Assembly: GCA_951406725.2 (NCBI GenBank)
Contig: OX597835.1
Coordinates: 30,442,001 to 30,506,000 of the forward strand
Direction of reading: 5' to 3'
Source of the DNA: Octopus vulgaris
Lineage: Eukaryota
DNA: 64,000 nucleotides
Shown: positions 27,293-42,246 of the stretch, piece by piece
Layout: each line of letters begins with the position of its first letter
Position numbering within the stretch: the stretch's first letter is position 1
The notes under the pieces: model-generated
The model's database searches: none
The model's input: the letters and a program-made list of their open reading frames with translations, nothing else
What the model was told of the DNA's origin: nothing
Translations under genes and position numbers: made by a program

Positions 27293-27759
27293 TACATTTT
27301 GCAAAATAAACCCATTTTGTTTTTTTTTTTCATTTTATCTAGTTTCAGCTCACGAGCTGTGGCCATGCTGGGGCACCGCCATATATATTTATTAAACATA
27401 TGTCTACGGCTTTGTACTTGTATTTATTCATAAGCCGAGCTGTATTAGTATACTACATCGCGATTGTAATATAACGTTTAGGTCCTGACCCCTTTTCTCC
27501 TTGTCTTGTCCACAGAATCTATACACAATAAACTCCACTTTGTCTTCTGCATCCATTTCTAACCCACTCCCCAACCCCCCATCTGCCGTTTCTTAGCTTT
27601 CTTCGTCTATCAACAGACCAATAGCTTCCTTCTTCCGGTTATTTGACCTTTCACACGTAATCACTTTCTCAACAATACTCCCCACTCTCTCTCTGTCTCT
27701 CTGTATGTGTGTGTGTGTGTGTGCATGTTCGTGTGTGTGTATGTAGATGTGCCTGTCTA

Positions 27760-27812
<53 letters not shown>

Positions 27813-28063
27813 TTTTATATATATATATTTCTTTATATATATACATATATATGTGTGTGTGTGTGTGTGTTTATAAATGTGTATGTCTTTGGTACTATCC
27901 CTATCTATCTATGTATGTATATATCTATGTATCTACCTGTCTTTTTGTCTGTCTGTCTGTGTGTATGTACGTATGTATATATGTATAAATATATAAATAT
28001 ATAAATACATGTACATGTATCACTTTATATCTGTTTATCTGTCAGACTGTGTGTCTCTGTCTG

Positions 28064-28121
<58 letters not shown>

Positions 28122-28251
28122 GACCTCTATCTCTGTCTCTCTGTCTGTCTGTCTCTCTATCTGTCTCTCTCTCTCTCTTTCTCTCTGTCTATCTATCTAT
28201 CGACCTCTGCCTCTGTCTGTCTCTGTTTCTCTCTCTCTCTCCCTCTCTCTC

Positions 28252-28328
<77 letters not shown>

Positions 28329-28356
28329 TTATCTCTCTATATATCTATTTATCTCC

Positions 28357-28387
<31 letters not shown>

Positions 28388-29084
28388 AGCTCCCACCTCC
28401 CAATTATCATCCCACCCCGCAACTCTCATTCGTTTCCTTTTGAGTTATTCCCAAACATTTTTCCTGCCACCTCTGTTTATTAAAAGACCATCCTGTGACC
28501 TGGGCTCTTCATTATAACTCGCCGTCATCAATGTCACCCTTAAATCCCTTCCCTCCCCGCCACCAGCTCTCAATCTCCGTCTTTAACTTTCTTCTCTTCT
28601 CAACCTAACTTGGCTCTCCTTTGCTCGGCTCTCCCTACCTCCTTGCTCTCCAACCCCAACTCTCCATTTCTCATCATTTCACCCCCTCTCCCCCCACCTT
28701 AATATTCCTTCTTTTCTTATCGTTGCAGTCCTCATTTTCCTCATTATACCCTCCTCTTGCCTTATTATCTCCTTCATTATTCATCAATAACCACTGCCAC
28801 TACCACCAGCACAATCACCCACACCTCACCGTCGCCGTCGCCGCCGCTGCCGCCACCGCCACCACCACCACTGGCATCAGCATCATTCACGGACGTCGTC
28901 GCCACCGTCATGACCACCACCCCCAACTCGCTTGTCGATTAAAGATCCAACACGTGACCTTTGCTCTTCAATTATAACGTTATCCCCTCCTCCTCCCCCT
29001 TCTCTACCGCACATACACAATCTCCTTTTTTTTTCTCTATATTATTTTCTCGCTGGCTCTGACCCCCCTTCTCTCCTAATAAAC

Positions 29085-30960
29085 CATCACCGACATCATC
29101 ATAACAATCCTGATCATCCTCTTCATTATCATCATCATCCTCATCATCGACATCATCGTTGTCATCGTTGTTGTCATTGTCATCATAGCGTCCTTATCAT
29201 CACTGTCACCGATTTCCCCATAGTGACCACCACTACCACCACCATCATCATCGTTGTCATCATTATAACTATTATCATCATTATCTCCATCAACATCATC
29301 ACCACCACGACCATCATCATCATCACCATCATCATAATCTTCGTCGTCATCATCATCATCATCATCAACGCCATCATCGTCGTCACGATGATCATCGTCA
29401 TCGTCATCCTCATCACCACCACCATCGTCATCATCTTCGTCTTCTTCGTCGTCGTCACCATTTTCGCCATCGTCACCATCATCATAAACAACAGCCTAGA
29501 CATGATTATCATCACCACCACCACTATCACCACCACCAACAACAAACACTCCCCACCCCATCATCATCATCACAGTCATCGTCGTCGTCATCGTCGTTGT
29601 TGCCGCCGCCTCCGCCACCGTCGTCGGCATCATCTCTGCAGCGCCAACACTGTCGTTGTTACAATTATCGTTGTCGTTTCTTTTTTTTCTCCTTGACTCC
29701 TCCATCTCCATCTTCCTCCATCTCCATCCCCTCCTCCTCCTCCTGCTCCTCCGTTTTCATCATCATTATCATCATCATCATTGTTACCTCCATATCGACG
29801 TTATATATCTTTATTGAAATCACATCTACCACGATCACCAAAACCAAAACCACCACCACCACCAACACCACCACCATTACCACCACTACTACTACCACCA
29901 CCACCACCACCACCACCACCACTACTACCACAACAACCATCACCACAACTACCACCGTCACCACCACCACCACCACCACCACTACCACCACCAAAACCAC
30001 CACCACCACCACCACCACCAAAACCACCACCACCACCACCACTACTACCACTGCAACAACGACCTCAGCAATTCAACCAGACACTCTGCAACTACCACAG
30101 CTACACAAACACTACAACCAAACCACAATCATCTCAACCACCAATGTAATTACTACAACCAATACGACATCACAAGCGTCAACACACAACACAACGCCGC
30201 TCTGAAAATCACATACCCACTCCACTACCGCACTGACCACTACTTCTTTTGCCACCACTGCCATCACCACCACCACCATCAATAGGAACTTCATCCTCAC
30301 CACCACTACTGCTATACCGCTTTCAACATCATCATCATAGACACCATTACTACAACCATCAGTCCTACGGGCATAATTCCAGTCTCCGCCGTTACCACCA
30401 CCACCACCATCACCACTACCACCACCATCACCATCACCACCACAACCAGTACTAATACTATTACCACAACCATCTCTATCAAAACCACCACCACCATAGC
30501 CTCTAGAACCACTAGAACCAGCACCTGTATCACCACAATCACCAACACCACTACAACCACCACTACCACTACTACCATCTTCACAACAACCACCACCACC
30601 ACCACCATCGCAACCATCATCACCATCACAACCACCACCACCATCACAACCACCACCACCATCCCAACCACCACCATAACCACTACTACTACCATCATCA
30701 CTACCACCACCACCACAACCACCACCATCACTACCACCACCACCACCACAACCACCACTACCACTACTACCATCTTCACAACCACCACCACAACCACCAC
30801 CATCACATCACGATCACCATCACAACCACCACCACCATCACAACCTCCACCATAACCACTACTACTACCATCATCACTACCACCACCACCACAACCACCA
30901 CCATCACTACTAGTATTAAAACTTCCTTCACCACAACCAAAACCACAGCCCAACCCCCAA
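29085..30960. repeat. (CAT)n/(CAC)n/(TAC)n trinucleotide low-complexity field
   Basis: Source of the poly-Thr/His/Pro/Ile ORFs. Confidence 0.9.
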
Positions 30961-31399
30961 TAACAACCAGCACTGTGCATACTCGACCAGCTGAAATTAT
31001 ATCCAGCTGTCTGAAAAACACAAAATAGTCTTGTATCTTACACCCGACAGGGCAGGATGGTCACATTTGGCAAGTCTTTCAGTATAGTTTTCTTATATCA
31101 GGATTGTCGCCAACGCAATCAACCAACTACAGTGAATTCCATTCAGAGATATGGGGACACGATGAGAGCATGTTTCATGAAAAGACTGGCGGCTAAACAA
31201 AAACAATACAAAAAATGTTTAAAAAAAAGGGAGGGGGACCAGCAACCTCAACAAACTGATGAACAACCTTTTTGGTGCTTTGTTTGACCTGCTAGAAAAT
31301 GCAGCCAAAGGTTCCTCAAATCAGATTGTTAACGTCTTACAAAGTGAAGAGCATACTGGAGATTTTTTTAGTTACTTATTATAGTTATTTCTTGTGGTC

Positions 31400-31630
31400 A
31401 TCCGTTTAAAGGTGATGGGATCCTTTTACTCTTTGATCTGCTTCGGGACAATGTTAGATTCGGCCCTGTTGAGAAAATGAAATTGTGCTGTAGTGTATTT
31501 ATGTATTGTGATCCAGAATTGGGTAGGGGACGTATGACCCGTGGTCCTAGCCTTGGATGAATTTTGAAGCTAATGCTGAGGTCGTTTGGGCAATGCTGTT
31601 CGTATATTTTCCGTATTGTGGAAAAGATCA
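31400..31630 (-). pseudogene. CR1/L2-group LINE ORF2 C-terminal fragment
   Basis: KIYEQHCPNDLSISFKIHPRLGPRVIRP...TLQHNFIFSTGP, then after a frameshift NIVPKQIKE*KDPITFKR. Resembles CR1-like C-termini. Confidence 0.65.
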
Positions 31631-31878
31631 CAAAAGACAGAACAGTATTGTTTCTGCAATATTAATGCCATTTCTTTAGCATCATGTAGAATGCCGTTAA
31701 CATCGATCAATAGACCAACGGGTGAATCAGCGGTCCTATACATATCGCTCTTAGCTCCGACATTTCAAACTCTGAGTCCTATAATGAAAACTTACTGATT
31801 GTCCAATACTATACATATATACATTCCTCTATTTACCTAATATCGAGTTCTCATTCTTTCGTTGTCATTTATTATTAA

Positions 31879-31945
<67 letters not shown>

Positions 31946-32042
31946 TTTATTGAGTGAGAGAGCAGTCCATGCCATCAAAGTGACACTGGGGTTAAATATA
32001 CGAAACACGTCTGATAAGGGTACACCAGGTACATGCATCACA

Positions 32043-32092
<50 letters not shown>

Positions 32093-32141
32093 GTATGTGT
32101 GTATGTGTGTATATATCTATACATGCATGTATGTATATCTA

Positions 32142-32212
<71 letters not shown>

Positions 32213-32445
32213 TCAAGATAAGAAAATGGAGAAATACATCTAAATCAAATATCAATTACCAGATAATACTCAATCACATACTTTATTAAACCACCACATA
32301 AGAGACTGTAGGGTTAAACATAAAAAAGCAGAACAAATCAGTGTACATATAGGAATGTACATAAAAAAGTGTACATAAAAGAGTAATGTTGTATAATAAG
32401 TAGAAAATATATAAAAAAGAGAATATAAATATAAGTATAGATTAC

Positions 32446-32572
32446 ATCTTACAGCTGTTTCGGCCATGTAGATAAGTATGTCTCATTTTACCAATATTAG
32501 CCTATTATGGTAGGTCAATATATAGATATAAATGAGACATTTACAAAAATATCATAAGGCCTCCTCGGAGAT
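32446..32572 (-). ncRNA. Type I hammerhead-like motif with extended stem II
   Basis: Minus strand: ATCT-CCGAGGA-GGCC..(about 90 nt including the 11-bp pair ATGTCTCATTT/AAATGAGACAT)..GGCC-GAAA-CAGCTG-TA-AGAT. Confidence 0.7.
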
Positions 32573-32649
32573 ATACATATACATATGAGTGCATATACTC
32601 ACACTCCTATACATATACATAATATGCATTTACAACCCCTATCTCTATT

Positions 32650-32762
<113 letters not shown>

Positions 32763-33395
32763 GCTCACAAATACACATCACACAACACACACACTCACAC
32801 ACACAAACACACACTAAATGACGGAATAAAAATGAATGGAACTCTATACATTACAATTCTACTTGGATCGGGCTTGACTCAGGGCTAAACGACAAAAACA
32901 ACAACAACACCAATAGCACTAAACGGCCAAGGAAACAGCAGGCAAACAGTCGACCAGCTGACCAATCACGTGATCATTCAACCGTATAATTCCAACCTGC
33001 TTCCCCGCCACCGCTCATGTCAACCCACTCGATTACAATTACCCCCTCTGAACCAACTCTTCCGACACCTCCACCACCGCTGGTCTCATAACCACCACCA
33101 CCACCAACAACACCACCAACACCATGACCACCACTACTTAATAGTGCTTACCCCCAACATTCATGAACCTACTCCTTTACCCCCTTCCCCCTCTATACAG
33201 CATCATCATCCACCCATGCCGCGCCCCAGTTCTTCACAGTTCCATGTCACACTTACCCCCGTCGTTCGGGACTCTTCAACCCCCACTGCTGAGCACAAAC
33301 CGCTTCACTATCCCACCCCAAAGCATCACCAACCTCCTATTAGGTTTGTTATACACACATACACGCACTCATATACATACATATATGTCTTTATA

Positions 33396-33442
<47 letters not shown>

Positions 33443-33668
33443 ATATGTATATATTATACGTGTATGCGTGTATAGGATTGTGAGAGTGTGTATACGCATG
33501 GATGTGTTCATAGAGAGGGAGAGAGAAAGAGAGAAACATACAGTGAGTGACATATACATACGTGCATACAAGTTTATACTCTCTGTATCTCACTATATCT
33601 ACCCCTCTCTATCTTTCTCTCTCTTTCTCTCTCTCTGTGTATATGTATATGTGTGTGTGTGTGTGTAC

Positions 33669-33711
<43 letters not shown>

Positions 33712-33761
33712 TATATATATATATATGCACACATACATTCATATATATATGTATACGCTCA

Positions 33762-33803
<42 letters not shown>

Positions 33804-34029
33804 ATATATATATATGTGTGTATATATATATATGAATGTATGTATATCTTCGAACATGCCTATTATGCGCACATACACACACTCACACACTCACAGACAT
33901 GGACACACACACACACACAGACATACACACGCAGCGCGCGTACACGGACGCGCACATACATTGTTGTTTCGGGGCTAATTATTATTGTGTTAAATCAATT
34001 CAACTCAGACAGTCCCTATCCCCATCTCT

Positions 34030-34082
<53 letters not shown>

Positions 34083-34486
34083 TTCTCTCACGCTATTTAT
34101 CTCTCCCTATTTTACTTGTCCCTCTGCCTCTTTCCTCCCACCCCTTCCCTTTCTGTCACCATTCCTTGTTAAACCACTTCACCGTAATATGTCTTCTCAC
34201 TGTCACTGACACCATCCCTCCCACACACACATACACACACACATATTTAGGAACACAGGTAGATACAAACATACACAGACATCCACGGACACACACATAT
34301 ATGCATATACATAGAAGCGTACACACGTATATAAACATACGCACCTACACTCACACACATACACAGGCATATGTAGAACCACACATACAAAATGTAGCTA
34401 CAAAATGTATATATATATATATATATACTTACATATACGCTCCCACATACACATATACAAACATACACGTATACAAAATCAGTCAT

Positions 34487-34527
<41 letters not shown>

Positions 34528-34686
34528 TATATATATATATATACATACACACGAACACAAATACACATACGTATAGATATATTCGTATAAATACTGGCAA
34601 AAACATACGCATATACAAACTTACACACACATATACAGAACCACACAAGTACACAAAAATATACACACACATACACACTCCCACAT

Positions 34687-34729
<43 letters not shown>

Positions 34730-35429
34730 AACATATACACATACAAAATTACATAAACACACTCAATCAAAAACACATACACAAGCATACACACACGCAC
34801 TTATATTGTTTTGTGTGTGTGTTTGCGTGTGTGTGTTTTATACGCATTTTAGCTCCCCGTTCCTTACTCCTCAAATCCAATCCCAGCAATCCTTCCCCCT
34901 CCACCCCACCCCTCCGTTGCTCACCCACACCCTCACCACCACCCTATCACAGATCCACAGACTATTGTTCGGGCTGTTTTATGAGGTGGGGGTCAGTACT
35001 GAGGGGTCACTATTTGGTGTCAAAGCCCTTAAGAACAACGATAAAGGCAACACAATTTGATGGCTAATATTTCAAAAAATATACATATAAACATAAATAT
35101 AAAAAATAATTATAATAATAGAGAATGAAAGGGAGAGAGAGAGAAAAAGAGTGAGAAACCCCTTCACACACAGGTACATACATACAGAGTTGCGCATACA
35201 CATTCACACACACATACACACAGGGAAACCTACGCATTCACGTACACACACGAACAGTTGAAGCGAGCGACATGATTTTATCAACAAAGCGACAGTAACG
35301 CCATCTATTTGTTTCGCTGGACACAAACGAAGATAGAACAATAAATAAATAAATAAATAAATAATGAGAATGGACAAACAAAATACCAAAGAATGTAAAT
35401 AAATGTAACAACAACAAGGACAACAACAA

Positions 35430-36890
35430 TATTTTCTACTATTGGCCTGAAATTTGGGGGAGGGGGATAGTCGACCACATCGACCCAAGTGCGTAACTGG
35501 TACTTATCTAATCGACCCTGAAAGGATAAAATGTAAAGTCGACCTAGGCGGAATTTGAAATCCGAACGAAACGACGGACGAAATGCCGCTAAGCATTTTG
35601 CCCAGTGTGCTAACGATTATGCCAGCTCACCTCTTTAATAATAATTTCTTCAGTTATAAGCACAAGACCTAAACTTTGAGGGGGGGTGTAATCGGTTACA
35701 TCGACTCCAGTGTTCAGCTGATATATATTTTATCGCTCTCGAAGGATGAGAAGCAAAGTCGACCTTGGCGGAATTTGAACTCGGAACATTTTTTAATCTG
35801 CCGTGCTAAGGGTTCCATTAGCTTGCCGCCTTTGTTTCAAATTTTGACAGAAAGCCAACAATTTTAGGGTAAGTGGAAAGTCGATCACATCAGTCGGAAT
35901 TCGGCAGAATTTGAACTCAGAACTTAATGACGGACGAAATGCCGCTAAGCATTTTGCCCGAGGTGCTAACGATTCGGGCACCGTCTTTCTAGCAACAATA
36001 ATATTTATTTCTTTATTGCCCACAGGGGTCTAAACATAGAGGGGACAAACAAGGGCAGACAAAGGGTTTAATCGATTACATCGACTACAGTGTGAAACTG
36101 GTTGTTATTTTATTGACCTCGAAAGGATGAAAAGCAAAGTTCACCTCGGCGGAAATTTAACTCAGAAAGTAGCGACGCACGAAGTACTGCTAATCATTTC
36201 ATCCATCCAGTTAACGATTCTGACAGCTTGCTGCCCGCTGCTGAAAGCTACACGTATTTTTGCATTCTCTCTCTGTTTATTTTCTCTTATTCCTTTCTGC
36301 TGAAGAGCATAGACTCGAAACGTAAAATACTTTTGTGTTTTTTCCGAGCGTCAAACTAATGCACTTGCTTGATGTTCACAGACATACCTTCGTCTTTTGC
36401 TTTCTTATAAATTTCAACTTAATAATATCAATATTGATTTCAAATTTTGGCTCAAGGCCAGCAATTTCGGGGTGGGTGTAAGACGATTGTATCGACCCCC
36501 ATTACACGACTGGTACTTATCTTATTGGCCACGAAAGAGTACAAGGATAAATTCAACTTCGGCAGAATTTGAACTCAGAACTTAATGACGGACGAAATGC
36601 CGCTAAGCAATTTTTGCCCGTGGTGCTAACGATTCTACCAGCTCACCGTCTTTCTAGCAATAATAATATTTATTTCTTTATTGCTAACGGGAGCTAAACA
36701 TAGAGGGGCAAACAAGGACAGACAAAAGGTTTAAGGCGATTACATCGACTACAGTGCGAAACCGGTACTTATTTAATCGATCCCGAAAGGATGAAAAAGC
36801 CAATCCGACTTAGGAGGAATTTGAACTCAGAACGTAAGGGCAGACGAAATACCTGGCCTGGCGTGCTAACGTTTCTGCCAGCTCGCCTTA
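35430..36890 (-). mobile_element. Cluster of about 6 SINE family B copies in the same orientation
   Basis: Modules at about 35430, 35645, 35836, 36003, 36435 and 36668, with two alternative tail types. Confidence 0.85.
36293..36328 (+). ncRNA. Degenerate minimal hammerhead-like motif
   Basis: CTTT-CTGCTGA-A-GAGC ATAG ACTC-GAAA-CG-TA-AAAT. Homologous to 19713 and 52754. Confidence 0.5.
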
Positions 36891-37127
36891 TTACAATAAT
36901 ATTAACGAGAAAAACAACAACCTAATGACCGTTAACAATCAAACGTCAGCTGAAACGTGGTCAGATGAACTGCTAAAGATAGCAGTCAAATATCCCTGTC
37001 TTGAAAATAGAACATGTTAAGATATGGAGGTCTTGATACACAATATCACCACTACAACCAATGCCATAACAATTACCACCACCACAAGAACAACAAGAGA
37101 AACAACAACAACAAAGTAATCCCCGTC

Positions 37128-37558
37128 TTTCATAGCTTTCAGATTTTGATGATGTCATTATTTATTTTTAGAATGACACTGTAGGGTAGGTGTAAGAGAC
37201 CAGATCTAGCTAGCTTGAACATAGAACAAGTAGACTATCTGAGCCTGGTATGATTAAATTAAAGTCTTTAACCATCAGATTATTCTCTCAAATGTAATCC
37301 TTATTTATTCACATTGTTTTGCAGTTGATCATGCATTCTTCTACTTGTTTCAGTCATTTGACTGTGGCCATGCTGGAGCACCGCCTTTAGTCGAACAAAT
37401 CAACCCCAGGACTTATTCTTTGTAATCCTATTACTTATTCTATCGGTCTCTTTTGCCGAACCGCTATGTCACGGGGACGCAACACACCAGCATCGGTTGT
37501 CAAGCGATGTTGGGAGGACAAACACAGGCACACAAACATATACACACATATACATACA

Positions 37559-37650
<92 letters not shown>

Positions 37651-38162
37651 TACGACGGGCTTCTTTCAGTTTCCGTCTACCAAATCCATTCACAAGTCTT
37701 TGGTCGGCCCGAAGCTATAGTAGAAGACACGTGCCCGAGGTGCCACGCAGTGGGACTAAATCCAGAACCATGTGGTTGGTAAGCAAGCTACTTACCACAC
37801 AGCCACTCCTACGCATTATTAAATAAATTTAGATTTTGATGATGTGATTGTTTATTTTTAGAACGACATTGTAGGGTAGGTGTAAGAAGGCAAATCAGGC
37901 AAGTTTGAACATAAAACTGGTAGAATATCTGGGCCAGATATGATTGGTTTTATTCTTGAGAGTTCAGATTGCTCTGCCAAACGTAATGTTATTTGGTCAC
38001 ATTGTTCTGCAATTAATCATGCATTATCTCAAAGTTTCGAGATATCAATGATGTGATTGTTTATTATTAAAATGACATTGTAGGATAGGTGTGAGAGGCT
38101 GGATCTAGCTTGCGTAGACGTAACACCAACAGAATACTGACAGGACTGGTTTAAATGCTAGA
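37128..38162. repeat. Three tandem copies of a roughly 200-bp MITE-like unit; the middle copy is split by a SINE A
   Basis: AGATTTTGATGATGT...GAATGACA.TGTAGG.TAGGTGT.AGA recurs at about 37141, 37831 and 38040. CAGATT..TCT..CAAA.GTAAT recurs at about 37276 and 37965. Confidence 0.75.
37339..37814 (-). mobile_element. SINE family A, full length, with an internal microsatellite of about 130 bp
   Basis: Reverse complement of 1026-1427. GCATT on both flanks is a possible short TSD. Confidence 0.9.
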
Positions 38163-38500
38163 CGGTGCACCGTCCACAGCACAGTTCTGTTATTTATGTC
38201 TTCTGTCTTTTATTTGTTTCTGTTATTAGACTGTGGCCATGCTCCAGCATGGCCACAGTCTAATTACACTTCACACATACATCCCTCAAGTACATACATA
38301 TATTCATACATATACACACACATGTATGTCCTGTTCTTCTCAACTGGTCAAACTCATTGGAGGGCTGCCAAGCGAGAGCCCCGCCTCCAAAGGGTTTCAA
38401 TTGCTCAATTCGTATTAATTTCATCGCTGCGTATTTCACGAACTGCTATCCTAGTAAACACTACTAGTACTACTACTACTACTACTACTACTACTAATGT

Positions 38501-38580
38501 GCTCTGAAACCCGTGCAAGCACACGCACACGTATATGCACACACACGCGCATACAGAGACACGTGAACGAATTAGTTGCT

Positions 38581-38626
<46 letters not shown>

Positions 38627-38702
38627 CAGCAGCAGCAACAGCAACAGCAACAGTAATAGAATCAGTAGTGGTAGTAGTAGTAGTAGTTGTTGTTGTAGTA
38701 GT

Positions 38703-38757
<55 letters not shown>

Positions 38758-39185
38758 TGGACGGTGATTAATTCTCTTTATAGACTTCCAAATTGGAGAG
38801 TTTAATGATTCTGTTGTGACTACAATTTATGTCAGTAACCCGGAAAATGGTTAACTTAGCACACATCCATTGCCCCCTTCCACCCCCATCTCCTTTCTTT
38901 CTTTCTTTCTTTCCTTTGTGTCCCCCTCTCTCTCTATGTATTTATTTATTCATCTATCTTTATTTTCTCACTCTCTCTTCTAATTATGCACGCACACAAA
39001 CACACGCGAGCGCGCACATAGATAGAGTCACACGCACATGTACTTGTTCCATATATTCCGGATTGTGTTTGTGTGTTTGTATGTGCGTGTGCGGGTGTGT
39101 GTGAGTATTTGTACATGCAATTATATTCTTGATTGTATGCGTTACACATTTTCTATCTCTTTCTTTTCTATCCTCACCTTTGAAC

Positions 39186-39259
<74 letters not shown>

Positions 39260-39376
39260 GTCTGTCTGTCTATCCGACCGTCTGTCTATCTGTCTACCTG
39301 ATGTCTAGCTGTCTGCCTATTTATCCGTCTTTTTTGCCTGACAGACCGTCTATTTCTCACTCTTTCTCTGTCTGGG

Positions 39377-39465
<89 letters not shown>

Positions 39466-39582
39466 GTCTGTCTGTCTATCCGACCGTCTGTCTATCTGTC
39501 TACCTGATGTCTAGCTGTCTGCCTATTTATCCGTCTTTTTTGCCTGACAGACCGTCTATTTCTCACTCTTTCTCTGTCTGGG

Positions 39583-39655
<73 letters not shown>

Positions 39656-39772
39656 GTCTGTCTGTCTATCCGACCGTCTGTCTATCTGTCTACCTGATGT
39701 CTAGCTGTCTGCCTATTTATCCGTCTTTTTTGCCTGACAGACCGTCTACTTCTCACTCTTTCTCTGTCTGGG

Positions 39773-39812
<40 letters not shown>

Positions 39813-39907
39813 ATCTCAATCACTTTCTCTATCATTTTTTTTCACTCATTATTTATATCCTTGTACGTGTATGTGTGTATATATATATTTACACATACAT
39901 ACGTACG

Positions 39908-39946
<39 letters not shown>

Positions 39947-40232
39947 TTATTTACACACACACAGACGCACTCGCACGTGTATAGACGCCTGAGTGCTCTT
40001 CCTCGGTCGTCAGAGAAAGTTTGCAGCCTATATATATATATATGCGTGCACTTAGGTGTGAGGCGTATGTGTTTGTGTATGTATGTATGGACACATGAAT
40101 TATTATCCATTTGTTAGTCTTAACAAGTGTGTGCTTGACTGTATCTACAATTGTATGATAATTTGTTCACGTGTCTGTGTATGCGCGCGCACGTGTGTGT
40201 GTGTGTGCGTGTGCTTGCACGGGTTTCAGAGC
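38501..40232. repeat. 68-bp inverted repeat pair (38501-38568 and 40165-40232)
   Basis: GCTCTGAAACCCGTGCAAGCACACGCACAC is perfectly complementary to 40203-40232. The inner end CGCGCATACA.AGACACGTGAAC also pairs. Confidence 0.9.
39211..39811. repeat. Recent tandem triplication (roughly 105-bp core plus variable (TCTA)n)
   Basis: Near-identical cores at about 39273, 39479 and 39669; periods 206 and 190 bp. Confidence 0.95.
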
Positions 40233-40818
40233 CTTAACGAACCTCAGACAATTTGCGTTTGTTGTTATTTCACCTTGAAAAAATTAAGGATTCTTAATAA
40301 CGAGACTTTGGTTTGATTGGGCGACTGGGTGTCCAGGGTCATTAAGAAACACACCACCACCGCCAACAACACAAACATCACCACTGCCACACCATTTCCT
40401 ACAACTACCACTACCACCACCACCACCACCACAACCACCGCTACAACCAACGACGCCTTCGTCGTCGTAGACCTCGTCGTCGTTCTTCTCCGTCTTCAGC
40501 ACCTATTCCTCTTCGTCGTCCTCCGCGTCATCATTATCATCAACATAATCACTACCACCAACAACATCGCCACCATCACCACCACCACCATAACTGCCAC
40601 CAAGATCATCGTCACCACCACCACCGGCCTCGTCTCCCTCATCCTACTCGTGCTGTTGTAATTGTCTCAATATTTATTTCTACTTTAACAAGACAGAGAG
40701 CAATTTAATCACAACAATAACTACAACAACAACTTCTACAACTCCTGTTATAATCAACACCTTGACACCATACTGAGTCTTATACATCTGTACATACAGA
40801 CACACACACACACACGCA

Positions 40819-41225
<407 letters not shown>

Positions 41226-41320
41226 TATGTATAAGCTCATACAAGCAGTAACATGTATATGTGTGTGTACATGTGCTGTTAGACGCTTATAATGTCTAGA
41301 TAGAGATTTGGACAGGTGTA

Positions 41321-41359
<39 letters not shown>

Positions 41360-41576
41360 TGAATGGGCGTGTTCAATTATAAGTTTACACAACAAGACAT
41401 TGTGCGTGCCCTTAGCTACGATATTCTTCAGATAGAAATTGTCCCAAACCATGCAGAAAAGCTCGATTAGAAAGACTAACGCCATTAGTGGACAGTTTGC
41501 GTGATGAGCGGGAAAATGGCGGAGAATCGGGTCTCTTTGACGCTCGGTCGTCTTCCTATGTCTGTGTGTTTATGAG

Positions 41577-41646
<70 letters not shown>

Positions 41647-41811
41647 TGTGTGTGTGTGTGTGCGTAAATGGTCATGTGTTTGTTCATACGTGTGTGTATT
41701 TGCTTCTGAATGTTTATAAATGTGTATGTACTTTTGTATGCATGTGTAGTTCTTGTGCATCACAATGTGTGTTTGTGCGCGCATGTATGTGTTTGGTTAT
41801 GCCGAATTAAA

Positions 41812-41872
<61 letters not shown>

Positions 41873-42246
41873 TGTATAAAATAGGTATATATTTTTTTTT
41901 TCACCTCTCTTTCTAAATTCAGGCACGTATATTTTCACATTTACATTCTTAGACTCTCACATATACATACACATGAAAATATATATATACACATAAACAA
42001 CACACATACGTATATGGAATATATATATATAATATATATAATATTTAAATATATATAATATATAATATATATGTATTATATATGTACAATATATATAATA
42101 TATATAATATATATATGTGTATGTATGTGTTTATGTATCTATTTGTATATACATATACTTATATCCATGTGTGCGCTTGTGTATGTGTGTGCATAAATAT
42201 TTATATAGTTTTAAAATTCGCATGTATGTGTGTGTGTGTGTATGTA

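Noticed and set aside
39211-39811. CRISPR-like repeat-spacer pattern
   Set aside because: The spacers are (TCTA)n, the repeats are about 105 bp, the context is eukaryotic, and there are no cas genes.
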